This document shows, one piece after another, positions 63,064 through 64,000 of a stretch of 64,000 nt of DNA (the stretch's first letter is position 1; every line of letters begins with the position of its first letter). The notes below the pieces were generated by a model that was not told the origin of the DNA, made no database searches, and was given only the letters and a program-made list of their open reading frames with translations. The DNA is from Candidatus Poribacteria bacterium (GTDB taxonomy: Bacteria; Poribacteria; WGA-4E; PCPOR2b), in contig OZ240245.1 of NCBI GenBank assembly GCA_965198175.1, forward strand, positions 160,001 through 224,000, given 5' to 3'. The position numbers were made by a program, and so were the translations under genes.

Positions 63064-64000
63064 ATGTCACTACACGAACTGACTGCCCACGAACTGCACG
63101 AAAAATTGAAAGCACGCGAAATCACTTCTGCTGATCTCACGCAATCAGTGTATGACCGCATTGACGCCGTTGAAGAACAGATACAAGGGTATATTACATT
63201 AACAAAGGAGATAGGTTTCGAGCAAGCCGCTGCTGCTGACGCAGGCTTTGAACGCGGCGATGATATGCAGCCGCTCGCAGGAATTCCTATTGCTATCAAG
63301 GATGTGATCTGTACCAAAGACGTGTTGACAACCTGTGGCTCGAAGATATTGCACAGTTTCGTTTCGCCCTACGACGCCACCGTTATGACCAAAATCCGTC
63401 ATCAGGGGTTTGTGATGATCGGCAAGACAAACATGGACGAATTTGCGATGGGGTCATCAACAGAGAATTCGGCGTATAAGATTACGCGCAATCCCTGGAA
63501 TCTGGAAACCATCCCCGGTGGCTCAAGCGGCGGTTCCGCAGCCGTTGTCGCCGCAGATGCTGCAATCTGCTCTCTCGGTTCGGACACCGGCGGTTCGATT
63601 CGACAACCAGCTGCGCTTTGCGGTGTCGTTGGAATGAAGCCAACTTACGGACGTGTGTCGCGGTATGGGCTAGTTGCCTTTGCATCGTCCTTAGATCAGA
63701 TTGGGCCATTCTCCAAGGATGTGACCGATAACGCTTTGATGCTCAACGCCATCTGTGGACATGATCCGATGGATTCTACCTCCGCGAATCTTCCCGACAC
63801 GGACTTCACCCACAGCTTAATCAACGACATCAAAGGGATCAAGATCGGCATCCCGAAGGAATATTTCTTAGAAGGGATAGATGCTGAAGTCGAAGCGTGC
63901 GTGCGGGACGCGATTGAGGTGCTTCGAGGGTGCGGCGCGATTGTCGAAGAGATTTCCTTACCCCATACCGAATATGCGATTGCAACATATTACATCATCG
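63064..64000 (+). CDS. gatA: Asp/Glu-tRNA amidotransferase subunit A, 3' end runs off the window
   Basis: Hand translation: MSLHELTAH...PLAGIPIAIKD...GKTNMDEFAMGSSTENS...PGGSSGGSAA...LGSDTGGSIRQPA. Confidence 0.97.
   Translation, partial: MSLHELTAHELHEKLKAREITSADLTQSVYDRIDAVEEQIQGYITLTKEIGFEQAAAADAGFERGDDMQPLAGIPIAIKDVICTKDVLTTCGSKILHSFVSPYDATVMTKIRHQGFVMIGKTNMDEFAMGSSTENSAYKITRNPWNLETIPGGSSGGSAAVVAADAAICSLGSDTGGSIRQPAALCGVVGMKPTYGRVSRYGLVAFASSLDQIGPFSKDVTDNALMLNAICGHDPMDSTSANLPDTDFTHSLINDIKGIKIGIPKEYFLEGIDAEVEACVRDAIEVLRGCGAIVEEISLPHTEYAIATYYII

Overview
Bacterial chromosomal segment. Candidatus Poribacteria or a close relative is inferred, not proven, from a LamG protein with the C-terminal AVEPKGKLTTTW motif, a YPNPFNPxxWIPY C-terminal domain, a DUF6785-type transporter and microcompartment genes. 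Left to right: the edge of a BMC locus (pduL, BMC-H); a type I restriction-modification locus (hsdR, fic, hsdS, hsdM) split by cargo; a rhodanese-PTPS-folE-SDR pterin operon; two CNNM/CorC genes; a frameshifted eda; a Ser/Thr kinase; an aldolase; secreted proteins and lipoproteins; a thiamine pathway split by 19 kb (TPP riboswitch-thiC-thiO-thiS ... thiG) with toxin-antitoxin modules, a TonB receptor, BCCT plus porin, a ferritin-like gene and a PorV-like gene in between; hicBA; and core genes guaA, pcrA, gatC and gatA. Two candidates stand out as possibly undescribed systems. (1) A 30-nt dispersed element, about 15 full or partial copies, that is not a simple palindrome but whose variable positions covary as a hairpin with tandem G.A pairs. 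It sits inside REP-like palindromes and inside copies of itself. (2) A three-gene module of ECF sigma factor, extra beta sliding clamp and a small coupled protein carrying a QLxLF clamp-binding motif. All calls are by-eye motif recognition; no database searches were run.
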